This document shows, piece after piece, positions 23,710-36,037 of a stretch of DNA of 64,000 nucleotides. Both the position numbers and the translations under genes were made by a program. Source of the stretch: Macrostomum hystrix (taxonomy: Eukaryota > Animalia > Platyhelminthes); contig CATNEN010000025.1 of NCBI GenBank assembly GCA_950097015.1, positions 6,820,001-6,884,000 of the forward strand, given 5' to 3'. Under the pieces are notes generated by a model. It was not told the origin of the DNA, did not search any database, and was given only the letters and a program-made list of their open reading frames with translations. How positions within the stretch are numbered: position 1 is the stretch's first letter; each line of letters begins with the position of its first letter.

Positions 23710-23990
23710 TGGAATCTTTGGGATGTCACAATCCCAGATCTCCAATATTTGGGATGTCACTCCCTGATCCTCAATCTTTGGGATGTCACTCCCTGATCCT
23801 CAATCTTTGGGATGTCACACTCACAGATCCTCAATCTTTGGGATGTCACACTCACAGATCCTCAATCTTTGGGATGTCACACTCACAGATCCTCAATCTT
23901 TGGGATGTCACACTCACAGATCCTCAATCTTTGGGATGTCACACTCCCAGATCCTCAATCTTTGGGATGTCACACTTCCAGATCTTCAAT
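23710..23990. repeat. 29/31-bp minisatellite (GATCCTCAATCTTTGGGATGTCACACTCACA)
   Basis: About 9 units starting just after the SINE tail. Confidence 0.92.
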
Positions 23991-24719
23991 TCATGTGATG
24001 AGTCATCCGCTCACAGTTCAACACTCGGTGAAATCGCGATCGTCATTCCATCAATTTTCGCTTTCCATTATTTTTCTCTCGATTGCTTTTATAAATCGGT
24101 GGCCAAAGCATTATTTTGAGTGACGCGGCCATTCCCCTGTGCTGCAGCTTCTCCCCTGCTGCAACTAGCGAGAGAGGGAGAGAGAGAGAGTTCGGGTAGG
24201 GGACTAACTTTTACCCATGGCAAAGGTGGGTCTGGATGTTGGCAGGTGTTTATTTTATCTTACCAACCTGGTGGAGCTTGAACTGCCGCGACTGCCAGTA
24301 CCAGCCACCGTACAGAATTATCTAGGCTTCCCTAGCATTCGTAAATAAAAGCAGCAGCAGCATTGGCTGCGTCGGTATATATTAAAGCATTTTTTTACTG
24401 TAAGCTAATACAATGAGACACGGATTCGCGTGTTTCTGGTCTTCAGTCGCGTCTGTGTGTGTCCTTTTTATTTGCAAAGCTTTTACACTTTTACACGGTC
24501 TCCGAATATGCATGCTAGGCAAGATTGTTTTTTGACAGTAGGAAAACAATTGAAACAGAAAACAGAAGGCGAAGGTGTGATGTTAGAGCGAAACCCGCTA
24601 TCCTTGGTAGCGAGAAAGTGAATAAGACAGTTAAAGGAACTTTGGGGCAAATTCATTAAATAAACAAGGTAAATGAAGACAGGACTGAGGAGCAGGTGAG
24701 CGAAAGAGAAGACGTCGAG

Positions 24720-25152
24720 GGGTGAAGGAGAGGGTGAAGGGAGTGAAGGGAGTGAAGGAGAGGGTGAAGGAGAGGGTGAAGGGAGTGAAGGAGAGGGTGA
24801 AGGGAGTGAAGGAGAGGGTGAAGGGAGTGAAGGGAGTGAAGGAGAGGGTGAAGGGAGTGAAGGCACTGAAGGAGAGGGTGAAGGGAGTGAAGGAGAGGGT
24901 GAAGGAGAGGGTGAAGGGAGTGAAGGAGAGGGTGAAGGGAGTGAAGGAGAGGGTGAAGGAGAGGGTGAAGGGAGTGAAGGAGAGGGTGAAGGGAGTGAAG
25001 GGAGTGAAGGAGAGGGTGAAGGGAGTGAAGGCACTGAAGGAGAGGGTGAAGGGAGTGAAGGAGAGGGTGAAGGGACTGAAGGAGAGGGTGAGGGGACTGA
25101 AGGAGAGGGTGAGGGGACTGAAGGAGAGGGTGAAGGGAGTGAAGGAGAGGGT
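24720..25152. repeat. Purine-rich compound repeat of 12-bp GAAGGAGAGGGT and 9-bp GAAGGGAGT
   Basis: Read directly. Confidence 0.92.
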
Positions 25153-25844
25153 TAAGTTTGAAAAGAGTTACAATCTAAATATTATTTTCGGGATTAACTA
25201 AATCACGCTGGTTCGTGCATATCAGCATTTCAACACCTTTTTGAAATCTGTCCGTCTGGACAGAGGGAGGCATGAAAAATTTTATAATAATTAATATTTC
25301 TGTTATGAAACTAGCCTGAAACTAGCCTGACTGTGTCTAGAATAAAAAAATGCGTTCTCAAAGGTGCTGATTTCATACTATCAGAATTTTTTTCGTATCA
25401 ATGCAAAGCACAACAGTCCAGGAATAATTGCATTCCTAATTTTAGCCCGCATGAATGTTAATAAATTACGGAAATGCTACAACTTAGAATGTGCGCGGAG
25501 AGAACTAATTAAAATTTTATTCACGCCCACATAGTGTGACTCACATGTGCTCTGTGGTTGGGGGGTATAATTCGCAAGCATTTACTCCTACAAAAATATA
25601 TATAATTAGTCCTTTTTTTTTCTTGAACGACTGAACCATTATTGTTGCATTTCACAATCTTAAAAAATCTATAAAAGCCGACTGCTCTACTTATAGTAAG
25701 ATGCAAAACATTTCACAGATTTTTCATTGATTTTATATTAGAAAAATTGTTCTGTTTTTATATTTAGTATTTTCCTGCTATTACTACTTACCAAAGCGGT
25801 CGCCGCGTTAAATTTCTGTTTTTTATCGTTAACAGTTTTACTGT

Positions 25845-26078
25845 TTCCTGTTATACAGTTTACAGTTTGCTGTTTTACAGTTTACTGTTTTACTGTTTTA
25901 CTGTTTTACAGTTTACTGTTTTACAGTTTACTGTTTTACAGTTTACTGTTTTACAGTTTACTGTTTTACAGTTTACTGTTTTACAGTTTACTGTTTTACA
26001 GCTTACTGTTTTACAGTTTACTGTTTTACAGTTTACTGTTTTACAGTTTACTGTTTTACAGTTTACTGTTTTACAGTT
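25845..26078. repeat. 15-bp minisatellite (TTTTACAGTTTACTG)
   Basis: Read directly. Confidence 0.93.
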
Positions 26079-26725
26079 TTTTCGTTTGGGCGTGCTTTTT
26101 AGCATAATATTTACACTACTTATAGTACTTCAGTAGTACAGTGTGTCCGTAAGAAAGTTCCGTATTTCTGTATGATGGCTTTGTTAATGCAGCCACCAAG
26201 CTGTCAATCGAACATTCGACCATTTAACTATTACGCTTGAACGCCGGAGTTAATGCTATTCATATACTAGACCTTAGTTTGGGATCTGTCTTTCTGTCTC
26301 GCCAGCCACCCCCCGTAGAGATCAAGGGATATCAAGTAGGCTGTTCTTCTGAAGCCTTCCATTTCAACCACTTTTCGACAGGTAAAAATGACCACCCAAC
26401 CCACCTACCTGCCACCGAAAGCAAATAAGCGAATTAATTGATGACTATCTTCAATTATATATTATATATCAAGAGTGGAGAGGATCTGCATAGAGAGTGA
26501 GAGAGTGAGAAAGACAAGTGGGTTTCACATCATTGTCTCTTTCTTCCCCACTCTTTCTTGAACAAGAACGAGAAACATAGTGGAAGTAGTTAAAGGAAAG
26601 TTTTAGATAAAGTCTCTCTCTCTACCGATTGTCTTTGGAGCTTCGGACTTTTGAACGAGAGAGTTCGGGAGTTCGAAAATTAGCCGAATCGACAAAAACT
26701 TCTGGCCTAACTATAGTCTAGGCCG

Positions 26726-27769
26726 CAGGGGGTCGGCAAACTTATTAGCAAGCGAGCCAAAGAGAGAACCTAAAAGACGACAGCGGGACGCATTGACTGT
26801 AGAAATATGAGAAAGGGGAGAGATGAGACACGCAAGAGACGAGACACGGGAGAGATGAGACAGCGGAGGGATAAGACACGCGAGAGACGAGACATGGGAG
26901 AGATGAGACACGGGAGAGATGAGACAGCGGAGATATAAGACACGCGAGAGACGAGACACGGGAGAGATGAGACACGGGAGAGATGAGACAGCGGAGGGAT
27001 AAGACACGCGAGAGACGAGACATGGGAGAGATGAGACACGGGAGAGATGAGACAGCGGAGATATAAGACACGCGAGAGACGAGACACGGGAGAGATGAGA
27101 CACGGGAGAGATGAGACAGCGGAGGGATAAGACACGCGAGAGACGAGACACGGGAGAGATGAGATACGGGAGAGATGAGACAGCGGAGGGATAAGACACG
27201 CGAGAGACGAGACATGGGAGAGATGAGACACGGGAGAGATGAGACAGCGGAGGGATAAGACACGCGAGAGACGAGACATGGGAGAGATGAGACACGGGAG
27301 AGATGAGACAGCGGAGATATAAGACACGCGAGAGACGAGACACGGGAGAGATGAGACACGGGAGAGATGAGACAGCGGAGGGATAAGACACGCGAGAGAC
27401 GAGACATGGGAGAGATGAGACACGGGAGAGATGAGACAGCGGAGGGATAAGACACGCGAGAGACGAGACACGGGAGAGATGAGACATGGGAGAGATGAGA
27501 CACCAGAGAGATGAGACACCAGAGAGATGAGACACCAGAGAGACGAGACACGGGAGAGACGATACATTGGAGAGACGAGACACGGGAGAGATGAGACACG
27601 GGAGAGATGAGACACGGGAGAGATGAGACACGGGAGAGATAAGACACGGGAGAGACGAGACCAAGGGAAAGATGAAACAGGATACTGTAGGTGTCAGAAG
27701 GGGCAACGGGCCAGATTTGGGAGCTTCGAGGGCGGCATCTGGCCCGCGGGCCGGAGTTTGTCGACCCTG
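26726..27769 (-). mobile_element. hAT MITE family B copy 2, opposite orientation, with ~870 bp of internal 16-bp minisatellite
   Basis: Ends CAGGGGGTCGGCAAAC / GAGTTTGTCGACCCTG; both unique subterminal segments match copy 1; TSD only partly recognisable (GTCTAGGC vs CTCTAGGG). Confidence 0.85.
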
Positions 27770-28954
27770 GACTCTAGGGTAAGGACAGTAAAGTGCATAA
27801 GTATTAGAAAACCCTTCACAAATTGGTATTCAATTTCGTTCAAAGAAATGCATAATTTATCAAGCGCCAGAAATTAAAAATTTTGTTATTTTGTGTGTAA
27901 TAATGATGACACGCGCCCTCTGTTATTAAAGATCTTCATATTAACAGAGTTTTGTTGGGCAAAACCATATGATGAGAGAGAGAAGGATGTTTGGAGAGCT
28001 GCAGTTCCATGCAGGTAAAGATGGCGCAATTCTGCTTGTTCTAAGAATCTGGCCTTTTGCCTCATTAAGCTATAATAGTTAGTGTCTCCCCCGTCTTGCC
28101 AGAGTCTCTTCTAAGGCCCATTGTTGTTAAAAACCTGCTTGCATTGTCCGGTTGCATCGCCTCGCCGCAAATATTTCGTCCCCCGAATCCTCCAAGCCTG
28201 TCTTAGTCTAGGGTAAAAACCCCTTTGGCCGCCACTGCCCTCCCCCGCGGCAACTTTCACTATAAGATGGAGGGGTTTGTGAAGTAGGGAAGCTCAGCTG
28301 GGTCCACTTCAGGCCTGCATGAGTTAGGAGAGTTCGGGCCACGCACGGCTGACAGATTCAGGCAATCAGCTCCACCGTCTGTAAATGTTAGTCTTTGTTA
28401 TAGTCTTTAATTAATATCGGAACTAGGGTTGATTTTGAATGCAGTTTTTAGTGGGTCCTAAAATCAGGTTCTAATTTGTGGTCGTGTGGAGTCATTTGGT
28501 CTATTTAGCGGACAACCGTATTGACGGCCAGATCAACCTGTTCTAGTTAATATTATTTAACCCGTTAGTTACTAAAATCCGTTGTTAATAGATAAAGAAC
28601 TAGGTTGACATGTGTTTTACTATTTATTGAAGATATAAAAACAACAAGTTTGTTAGTTCAACAAGGCTGAAGTGGACTGCATGTAGTAAAATGAAGCAAA
28701 GCAAATCTATGCCAATCTCGTAAAATATGTACTTAGATGATTCGATGATTGAACAAAGAAGTCATCGATTGGCAGTCTCATTGGCAGTATAAATTTAGAG
28801 TGTTATTACCCTAAGATTGAGATAAAATAGTCACTCTTTAATTAGTTGGACACCTAGATGGAACGGTTCAAAAAGTGTTAAACATATAAAAGGCAATAAA
28901 TTTGGTGGTTAGTTATATGATGAGCTGATAAATAGGTACTTACTTTGATGGGTG

Positions 28955-29240
28955 GTTAAATAGGTAATTAATTAAATAAGCAGGTAAATAGGTAATGAAT
29001 TAGATAAGCGGGTAAATAAGCAATTAATTAGCTAACCGGTAAAATAGTTAAAGACTTAGATAAGCAAGCACATGGTTAATTAGTTAAATAAACGGGAAAA
29101 CAGGTAATTACTTAGATTAGCGGACAAATAAGGAATGAAATAGATAAGGCTGGTAAAAAGGTACTTAATTTGATAAGCTGAAAATTTGTTAATGAATTAC
29201 TTGTGGATAAGCGGGTCATTAATTAGACAACCAGGTAAGA
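28955..29240. repeat. Old, degenerate ~28-bp tandem repeat (GGTAATTAATTAGATAAGCGGGTAAATA-like)
   Basis: TAGATAAGC/GGTAAATA recur at roughly 28-bp spacing. Confidence 0.55.
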
Positions 29241-30039
29241 TGCTTGTCTTGCCTGTCAAACATCAACAATGCTATATCCAAGTCGCAGGTAGTTGATTGA
29301 AACACTCAGCCCTTTCTTTTTTGCCAAGCTAGCATACGATGCTGTGCAAACTTTTCACTTTAATTAGCAACTAACACTCGGAATACTCGTATTGTGTGCA
29401 GGTAATCCAGCGTAGATAGTTAATTAGACACATCAACCTGTCAAAGGAGGTATCTGGCAGAGTTTTTTGTTTCGCCCAATAAATTGAAAAAGATTCAGTA
29501 AAGTTATAGAGAAATCATAGATTTTATAAGCAGGTGAGCAGGCCAGTAACTACGTAGCCTAATTAGGCGCACTCTCTGATGAGCTCATTAACTGGCCTAG
29601 GCCTATATCTGAATGTCAATATAGACGCATAGGAATAAGCCTTCCTCTTGTGCGTGACTCGGTCGGCATATGCCACCGGAGACAGACAGAATTTGACGAA
29701 GAAGCTGTTGAGAGACGGGCAGAGAGAGAGGAGGTGAGGACAGACTGCAGGTCCGTTTCTTTTGCAGATGGAAGCCGTCACATAGCCGCAAGCTTATCAG
29801 CTATTTTCCCCTAGTAAAAAGCTGGGCACCAATCTCATTCTCCATGAGGTGTCGCTTTTACATGCGGATCGGCGTTCGTGAGCAAATCCTCATTTTCTGC
29901 AGGAAAGATTGATCGAAAATCTGCACAGCCTCGGGGCCAATTGGCGGCTAGTGTGGGATGGCCATGAAAACTGGAATTGTGATTTATTTAGCGAGAAAAA
30001 TGGGAGTTAACAAGAAACCAGAAACTTCATTCAAGTGAC

Positions 30040-30665
30040 TATAGGTGTCTGGATTGGGGATCTGGGTGACTGGATTAAGGATCTAGGTGTTTGGATTAGG
30101 GACATGGGTGTCTGGATTTGGGAACTGGATGTTTGGATTGGGGATCTGGGTGACTGGATTAAGGATCTAGGTGTTTGGATTAGGGATCTGGATGTCTGGA
30201 TTGGGGATCTGGGTGACTGGATTAAGGATCTAGGTGTTTGGATTAGGAATCTGGATGACTGGATTAGGGATCTGGATGTCTGGATTCCATCTAGGTGTCT
30301 GGATTAGGGATCTGGATGTCTGGATTAGGGATCTGGATGTCTGGATTAGGGATCTGGATGTCTGGATTAGGGATCTGGATGTCTGGATTAGGGATCTGGA
30401 TGTCTGGATTAGGGATCTGGATGTCTGGATTAGGGATCTGGATGTCTGGATTAGGGATCTGGATGTCTGGATTAGGGATCTGGATGTCTGGATTAGGGAT
30501 CTGGATGTCTGGATTAGGGATCTGGATGTCTGGATTAGGGATCTGGATGACTGGATTAGGGATCTGGGTGTCTGGATTGGGGATTCGGGTGTTTGGATTA
30601 GGAATTTTGGTGTCAGGATTTATGATTTGGGTGCTGGATTAGGGATCTGGGTGTCTAGATTAGGA
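30040..30665. repeat. 21-bp minisatellite (CTGGATTAGGGATCTGGATGT)
   Basis: Homogeneous core 30298-30560 with degenerate flanks. Confidence 0.95.
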
Positions 30666-32416
30666 ATGTATTTCTCTGGATTAAGAATCAAATTCGGGAT
30701 TTAGATTATATCTAAATGTTATTTAGCCCAGACTGTATCAGTGAAGTCAAAAGAGCTTTTTAAAATCGATTGCAAATTCTGGAACTTAATCCATTCTATT
30801 GAGTCTAAAGTACGCTCGAAGATCCCTAAAGTTAGACAAAAACGTCCCAATTAGTGTTAAGCAAAACTCGAAAAATCGAATTCGAATAAATTTAGAGCAA
30901 AAATAATGGAAGGCCAACCAAGATTTTGTTTAAGAAATAAATTTGAGTCAATCTGAACCGCCCAGTCGACAAGAGTTCTTCAAGTGAGGAGCAGAGAAAA
31001 AAGACAAGAGTGGGACGAAATCCCTTCGACTGAGAGGCGATCTTTACTTTTGTTCATGGCCAACGGCCCCCTGCCCTGCTCAGTAGCTCTCTCAAAGTCC
31101 CATTTTGACACACCCGTGTGCTACTTGCCAATTGCTATTTTTTGTCCGGGACACTCTTCCCCGGTCCGCCCCCCTCCGCTAGCTCATCCCGGTGAAAAAT
31201 CACGTTTCTCCTTGGCGGCCTCCCACCTCACTAATTATCCCATTTGCCTGTGTCTGTCCAATTTGAGTTCGCTGATTGGGGAGTGTGCCTGTGTGTGTCT
31301 GACTGAGGACTGGGAGGCCCAAAATCTCCCAGTCTCTTCCCAATAAAGCCCCGCAACCGCCGCCGACTCAAGCATCTCCTGAAGGTTGACGTGTCAAAAA
31401 CCTCGCTTAGAGTTTCCGGCCTCTTTTGTGCAGCGAAGCCGACAGTAGGACCCGTTCTACCTTAACTAAATGCCAATTTACTCTTTAATTACTACTCTCT
31501 CCTGCTTTCTTCTTCTTCTTTTCTCTGCTTCCATTTTTTTTCTCCTACGCATTGTTGGTAGCCTGCTGCTAAGCGCCAATTGAATTAGTTTTCTAGGGGG
31601 AAAAATCACAGCTTTCCTGGCGCGCGCCTCCCCAGATTGTACAAAAGCCGAGCCCTGGCCTTCCTTTTGTTGGCGGGTCTCATTCGACTGCCTGAGCTGC
31701 TCCGGAGGAGGGGTGGGCGCCAATTGGAGGAAAGGAGACTCAGCGGGACGCAGCACGCGAGACGACAGCCGCCGCCTCATGTCCCCAAGCCTCCAATCCC
31801 ATTCTCTATAGGGATAAAATCCCAAAAATTCTGTTTCCAAATTTCGCATCCTCACCAGCTGCTAGACGCATGGCAGCCAAAAAACTGTGAAAATCTTTTT
31901 TTCCGAAATAGCATAAAATAAATTGAAGAAATACAAAAGACAAAGACAAAGTTCAGTTTAAGTAGGTTTCATTTTCTGAATTCACTGCACAGCGTTTACG
32001 GTAAATATAAATCATATGGCATACTGTAGTTGCATTTTGATCTACTCGGTTTAATTAACACAAAATATGCCCGAAATGTGATACAAGCAGCGACATGAAC
32101 ATTCGGATGCGGAAACTGTGTAGAATAATATCAAACAGAGGCAAGAGAGGGTCAAGGGGGTTGTCATGGCAACCTGAAGTTGCACTTTAAAACATTTCAC
32201 TGATTGCGTAATGGAATAAGTTGATGACATGATAAGCTCAGTTTTAGATAGATTGCATGGAAGGCTCCATGAAATGAAAATTGCTTTGCAATTGCGCACC
32301 TCAGCTAGTGTTTGCGTGTGTGTGTACTATAGTTAGAAAATAGCTTGGCCAATCAGAAACGCGCGGAGGAGAGGTGGGGCGTAGGGGGATAGATTAATGC
32401 GGCGAGGGGTGGGCGT

Positions 32417-32580
32417 TCACTCCGATTGGCTGGCTCCAGATTTTTCTGGCCGCGGCTGTGCACGATCTTCGGACGCCGTTGTTGCGTCGGCTTCGTCCAT
32501 GGTTGGCTCATTGTCCTCCGAGGAGAATTCCGACTGCTCCTTGAACTTTTTGGAGGCCTCCAAGCTTTTCTTGTGCATGC
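32417..32580 (-). CDS. Vsx: Vsx exon 4: end of the CVC domain (GMHKKSLEA) and acidic tail
   Basis: Acceptor TGTCCGCAG at 32581, phase 1, completes WLLG|MHKKSLEA as in Vsx2/ceh-10; TGA at 32417-32419. Confidence 0.9.
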
Positions 32581-32654
32581 CTGCGGACATTTTCAATGAG
32601 ATTTTTGCTGTAGTCAAATGTGATATTATGAGGCTTCTAGAAAGTCTGCGAGAA

Positions 32655-34080
32655 GGCCGTATCTCATACAGACTTCAGGGTGAGGGAAGGCATTATCTCA
32701 TACAGACTTCAGGGTGAGGGAAGGCCGAATCTCATGCAGACTTCAGGGTGAGGGAAGGCCGTATCTCATAGAGACTTCAGGGTGAGGGAAGGCCGAATCT
32801 CATACAGACTTCAGGGTGAGGGAAGGCCGAATCTCATACAGACTTCAGGGTGAGTGAAGGCCGAATCTCATGCAGACTTCAGGGTGAGGGAAGGCCGAAT
32901 CTCATGCAGACTTCAGGGTGAGGGAGGGCCGAATCTCATGCAGACTTCAGGGTGTGGGAAGCCATTATCTCATACAGACTTCAGGGTGTGGGAAGGCATT
33001 ATCTCATACAGACTTCAGGGTGTGGGAAGCCATTATCTCATACAGACTTCAGGGTGTGGGAAGCCATTATCTCATAGATACTTCAGGGTGTGGGAAGCCA
33101 TTATCTCATACAGACTTCAGGGTGAGGGAGGCTGTATCTCATACAGACTTCAGGGTGAGGGAAGGCCGAATCTCATGCAGACTTCAGGGTGAGGGAAGGC
33201 CGTATCTCATAGAGACTTCAGGGTGAGGGAGGGCCGAATCTCATACAGACTTCAGGGTGTGGGAAGGCATTATCTCATACAGACTTCAGGGTGAGGGAGG
33301 GCCGAATCTCATACAGACTTCAGGGTGTGGGAAGCCATTATCTCATACAGACTTCAGGGTGAGGGAGGGCCGAATCTCATACAGACTTCAGGGTGTGGGA
33401 AGGCATTATCTCATACAGACTTCAGGGTGAGGGAGGTCCGAATCTCATACAGACTTCAGGGTGAGGGAAGGCCGTATCTCATAGAGACTTCAGGGTGTGC
33501 GAAGGCATTATCTCATAGAGACTTCAGGGTGTGGGAAGGCATTATCTCATAGAGACTTCAGGGTGTGGGAAGGCATTATCTCATAGAGACTTCAGGGTGT
33601 GGGAAGGCTGTATCTCATACAGACTTCAGGGTGAGGGAGGCTGTATCTCATACAGACTTCAGGGTGAGGGAAGGCCGAATCTCATGCAGACTTCAGGGTG
33701 AGGGAAGGCCGTATCTCATAGAGACTTCAGGGTGAGGGAGGGCCGAATCTCATACAGACTTCAGGGTGTGGGAAGGCATTATCTCATACAGACTTCAGGG
33801 TGAGGGAGGGCCGAATCTCATACAGACTTCAGGGTGTGGGAAGCCATTATCTCATACAGACTTCAGGGTGAGGGAGGTCCGAATCTCATACAGACTTCAG
33901 GGTGAGGGAAGGCCGTATCTCATAGAGACTTCAGGGTGTGCGAAGGCATTATCTCATAGAGACTTCAGGGTGTGGGAAGGCATTATCTCATAGAGACTTC
34001 AGGGTGTGGGAAGGCATTATCTCATAGAGACTTCAGGGTGTGGGAAGGCTGTATCTCATACAGACTTCAGGGTGTGGGAA
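32655..34080. repeat. 34-bp minisatellite (TCTCATACAGACTTCAGGGTGAGGGAAGGCCGAA) in Vsx intron 3
   Basis: Period 34 (CTTC at 32707 and 32741); about 42 units. Confidence 0.95.
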
Positions 34081-34552
34081 TGCAGTGTCTATTTGAGACG
34101 GATATACGGCTTTAGTATGTATAGATGTTAAATTGACTGGTGTACTCATGTTAATAATTTTGTTGCGAATTAAACACAGCAAATCTCATTGAAAAAAGCG
34201 AATTTTCTCCTAACAAGGACGCACCTTAACTCATAAAAATTCCTGATTGAATTCGGTTTAATCGAATGCACTGCTCAAATGCCATAATGAGTGCCTTTTT
34301 TCTTTCTTTTCAGCTTCAAAAAAGCCAAGAAAAAAATTGATTTCACAAACTTCTCCTCCTGCTTGCAGACATTCTAATTAGTGCCAGCTAGTTTTTTCCC
34401 GTCCAGGGATTCAAGCTGATATAGCAGGTACGCTATCCGTATAGCATTACGGAAAGTATTAAAAAGGTATTACAACTAGTACTGCAATAGCATGGCTTTG
34501 GTGCAAGCTAAGTGCTTTAGGTAAATTTGAATATTTCAGCAAACTGATTAGA

Positions 34553-34945
34553 GTTCGACAAGCTGATTAACTTTCGACAAGCTGATTAACTATCGACAAG
34601 CTGATTAACTTTCGACAAGCTGATTAACTTTCGACAAGCTGATTCAATTTCGACAAGCTGATTTAATTTCGACAAGCTGATTAAATTTCAATAAGCTGAT
34701 TTAATTTCGACAAGCTGATTAACTTTCGACAAGCTGATTAACTTTCGACAAGCTGATTAACTTTCGACAAGCTGATTAACTTTCGACAAGCTGATTAGCT
34801 TTCGACAAGCTGATTAACTTTCGACAAGCTGATTCAATTTCGACAAGCTGATTAAATTTCGACAAACTGATTAACTTTCGACAAGCTGATTTAATTTCGA
34901 CAAGCTGATTCAATTTCGACAAGCTGATTAATTTTCGACAAGCAG
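34553..34945. repeat. 20-bp minisatellite (TCGACAAGCTGATTAACTTT) next to the Vsx exon 3 donor
   Basis: About 19-20 units. Confidence 0.95.
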
Positions 34946-34966
34946 ATTAAATTTTGTCAAGCTTAC

Positions 34967-35271
34967 CTAGCAGCCAAGGCGCATTGGACTTTTCTGGCGA
35001 GCCGCCGCTGCCTTTGAGTATGTTCTCAGGCAGCGGCAGGGAGTGCCGAACCATCGCGCCGTACAGTCCGTATTCGGCCATGATGGACGACTTGCCCCAG
35101 GTCTTCTCCGTTTTGCGCCACTTTGCTCTGCGATTTTGAAACCAAACCTGGATCCGGTCCTCGGGCAGGTCTGTCTTCAGGCTCAACACCTCGCGCTGAT
35201 ACACGTCCGGGTAGTGCGCCTCCATGAAGGCCTTCTCCAGTTCCTCAAGCTGGTAGCTGGTGAAGATTGTG
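34967..35271 (-). CDS. Vsx: Vsx exon 3: Q50 paired-like homeodomain and most of the CVC domain
   Basis: [82 protein letters not shown]...APWLLG is diagnostic of Vsx1/Vsx2/ceh-10. Acceptor ATCCTGCAG (phase 2), donor G|GTAAGC (phase 1). Confidence 0.98.
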
Positions 35272-36037
35272 CTGCAGGATTCAAGATATGGGAGGATAAT
35301 TATAACTTATCCTTGTTTAATTGGTAATCCTTAATCCTTAATCCTAGATCCTTATCCGATACTTAATCCGTAGTTGATAATTATAATCCTTATTTAATCC
35401 TTAATCCATAGTTGAATAGGCGACGCCCGCCTCCACGATGCATCCGCAGACCGCCCTGCGGATTAGTTAATCCATAATCTTTAATCTTTGAATATGATCC
35501 TTATTCATTTCTCAATTCCGATTCAATCCTTAATCGCTAAAATTAATCTTTCAGTTTGAGTTTTTTTCACTAATGTATAACTGGTGTCAGTTAAAGGGTG
35601 AGATTTTTTTGAAATCCACAACACGAGCCCGCCTGGTGTCCTTTTTAGGGTGAGATTAGTTAAAATTATTCGCTCAAGCAGTCCTAGCAGTGCAAGCTAC
35701 TTATTTTTTTCTGTCTGCCTGAAGTTCTTTACCCCCCGTTAAGGGTGGCGCCACCGTCAGGCGCAATCACACTATAATCCCAATTAGCCTGAAGAGACAA
35801 AGAATTAGAGAGATTAAGTGCTGTCTTCTTCTAAACAGGTGGCCCCACGGGTAATAGAGGCCACTTGAAGGCTGTGTTCTCTTCTGGGGTCAAGTTTGTG
35901 TCTGCTGCTGTCAATCTCCCATTGTCTGGACAAGGTCATTATCAAGTTTTCCCTCCAGGCTTATAAAATCCCCTAAAGATGCTGAAAGAAGATTCTGAAT
36001 ATTTTTCTGTCCCCTACAGTCCAGTTCAGCTCCTGTA

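Noticed and set aside
26134-26175. TACAGTGTGTCCGTAAGAAAGTTCCG, similar to a Tc1/mariner TIR
   Set aside because: I found no matching inverted end or transposase remnant in the window.
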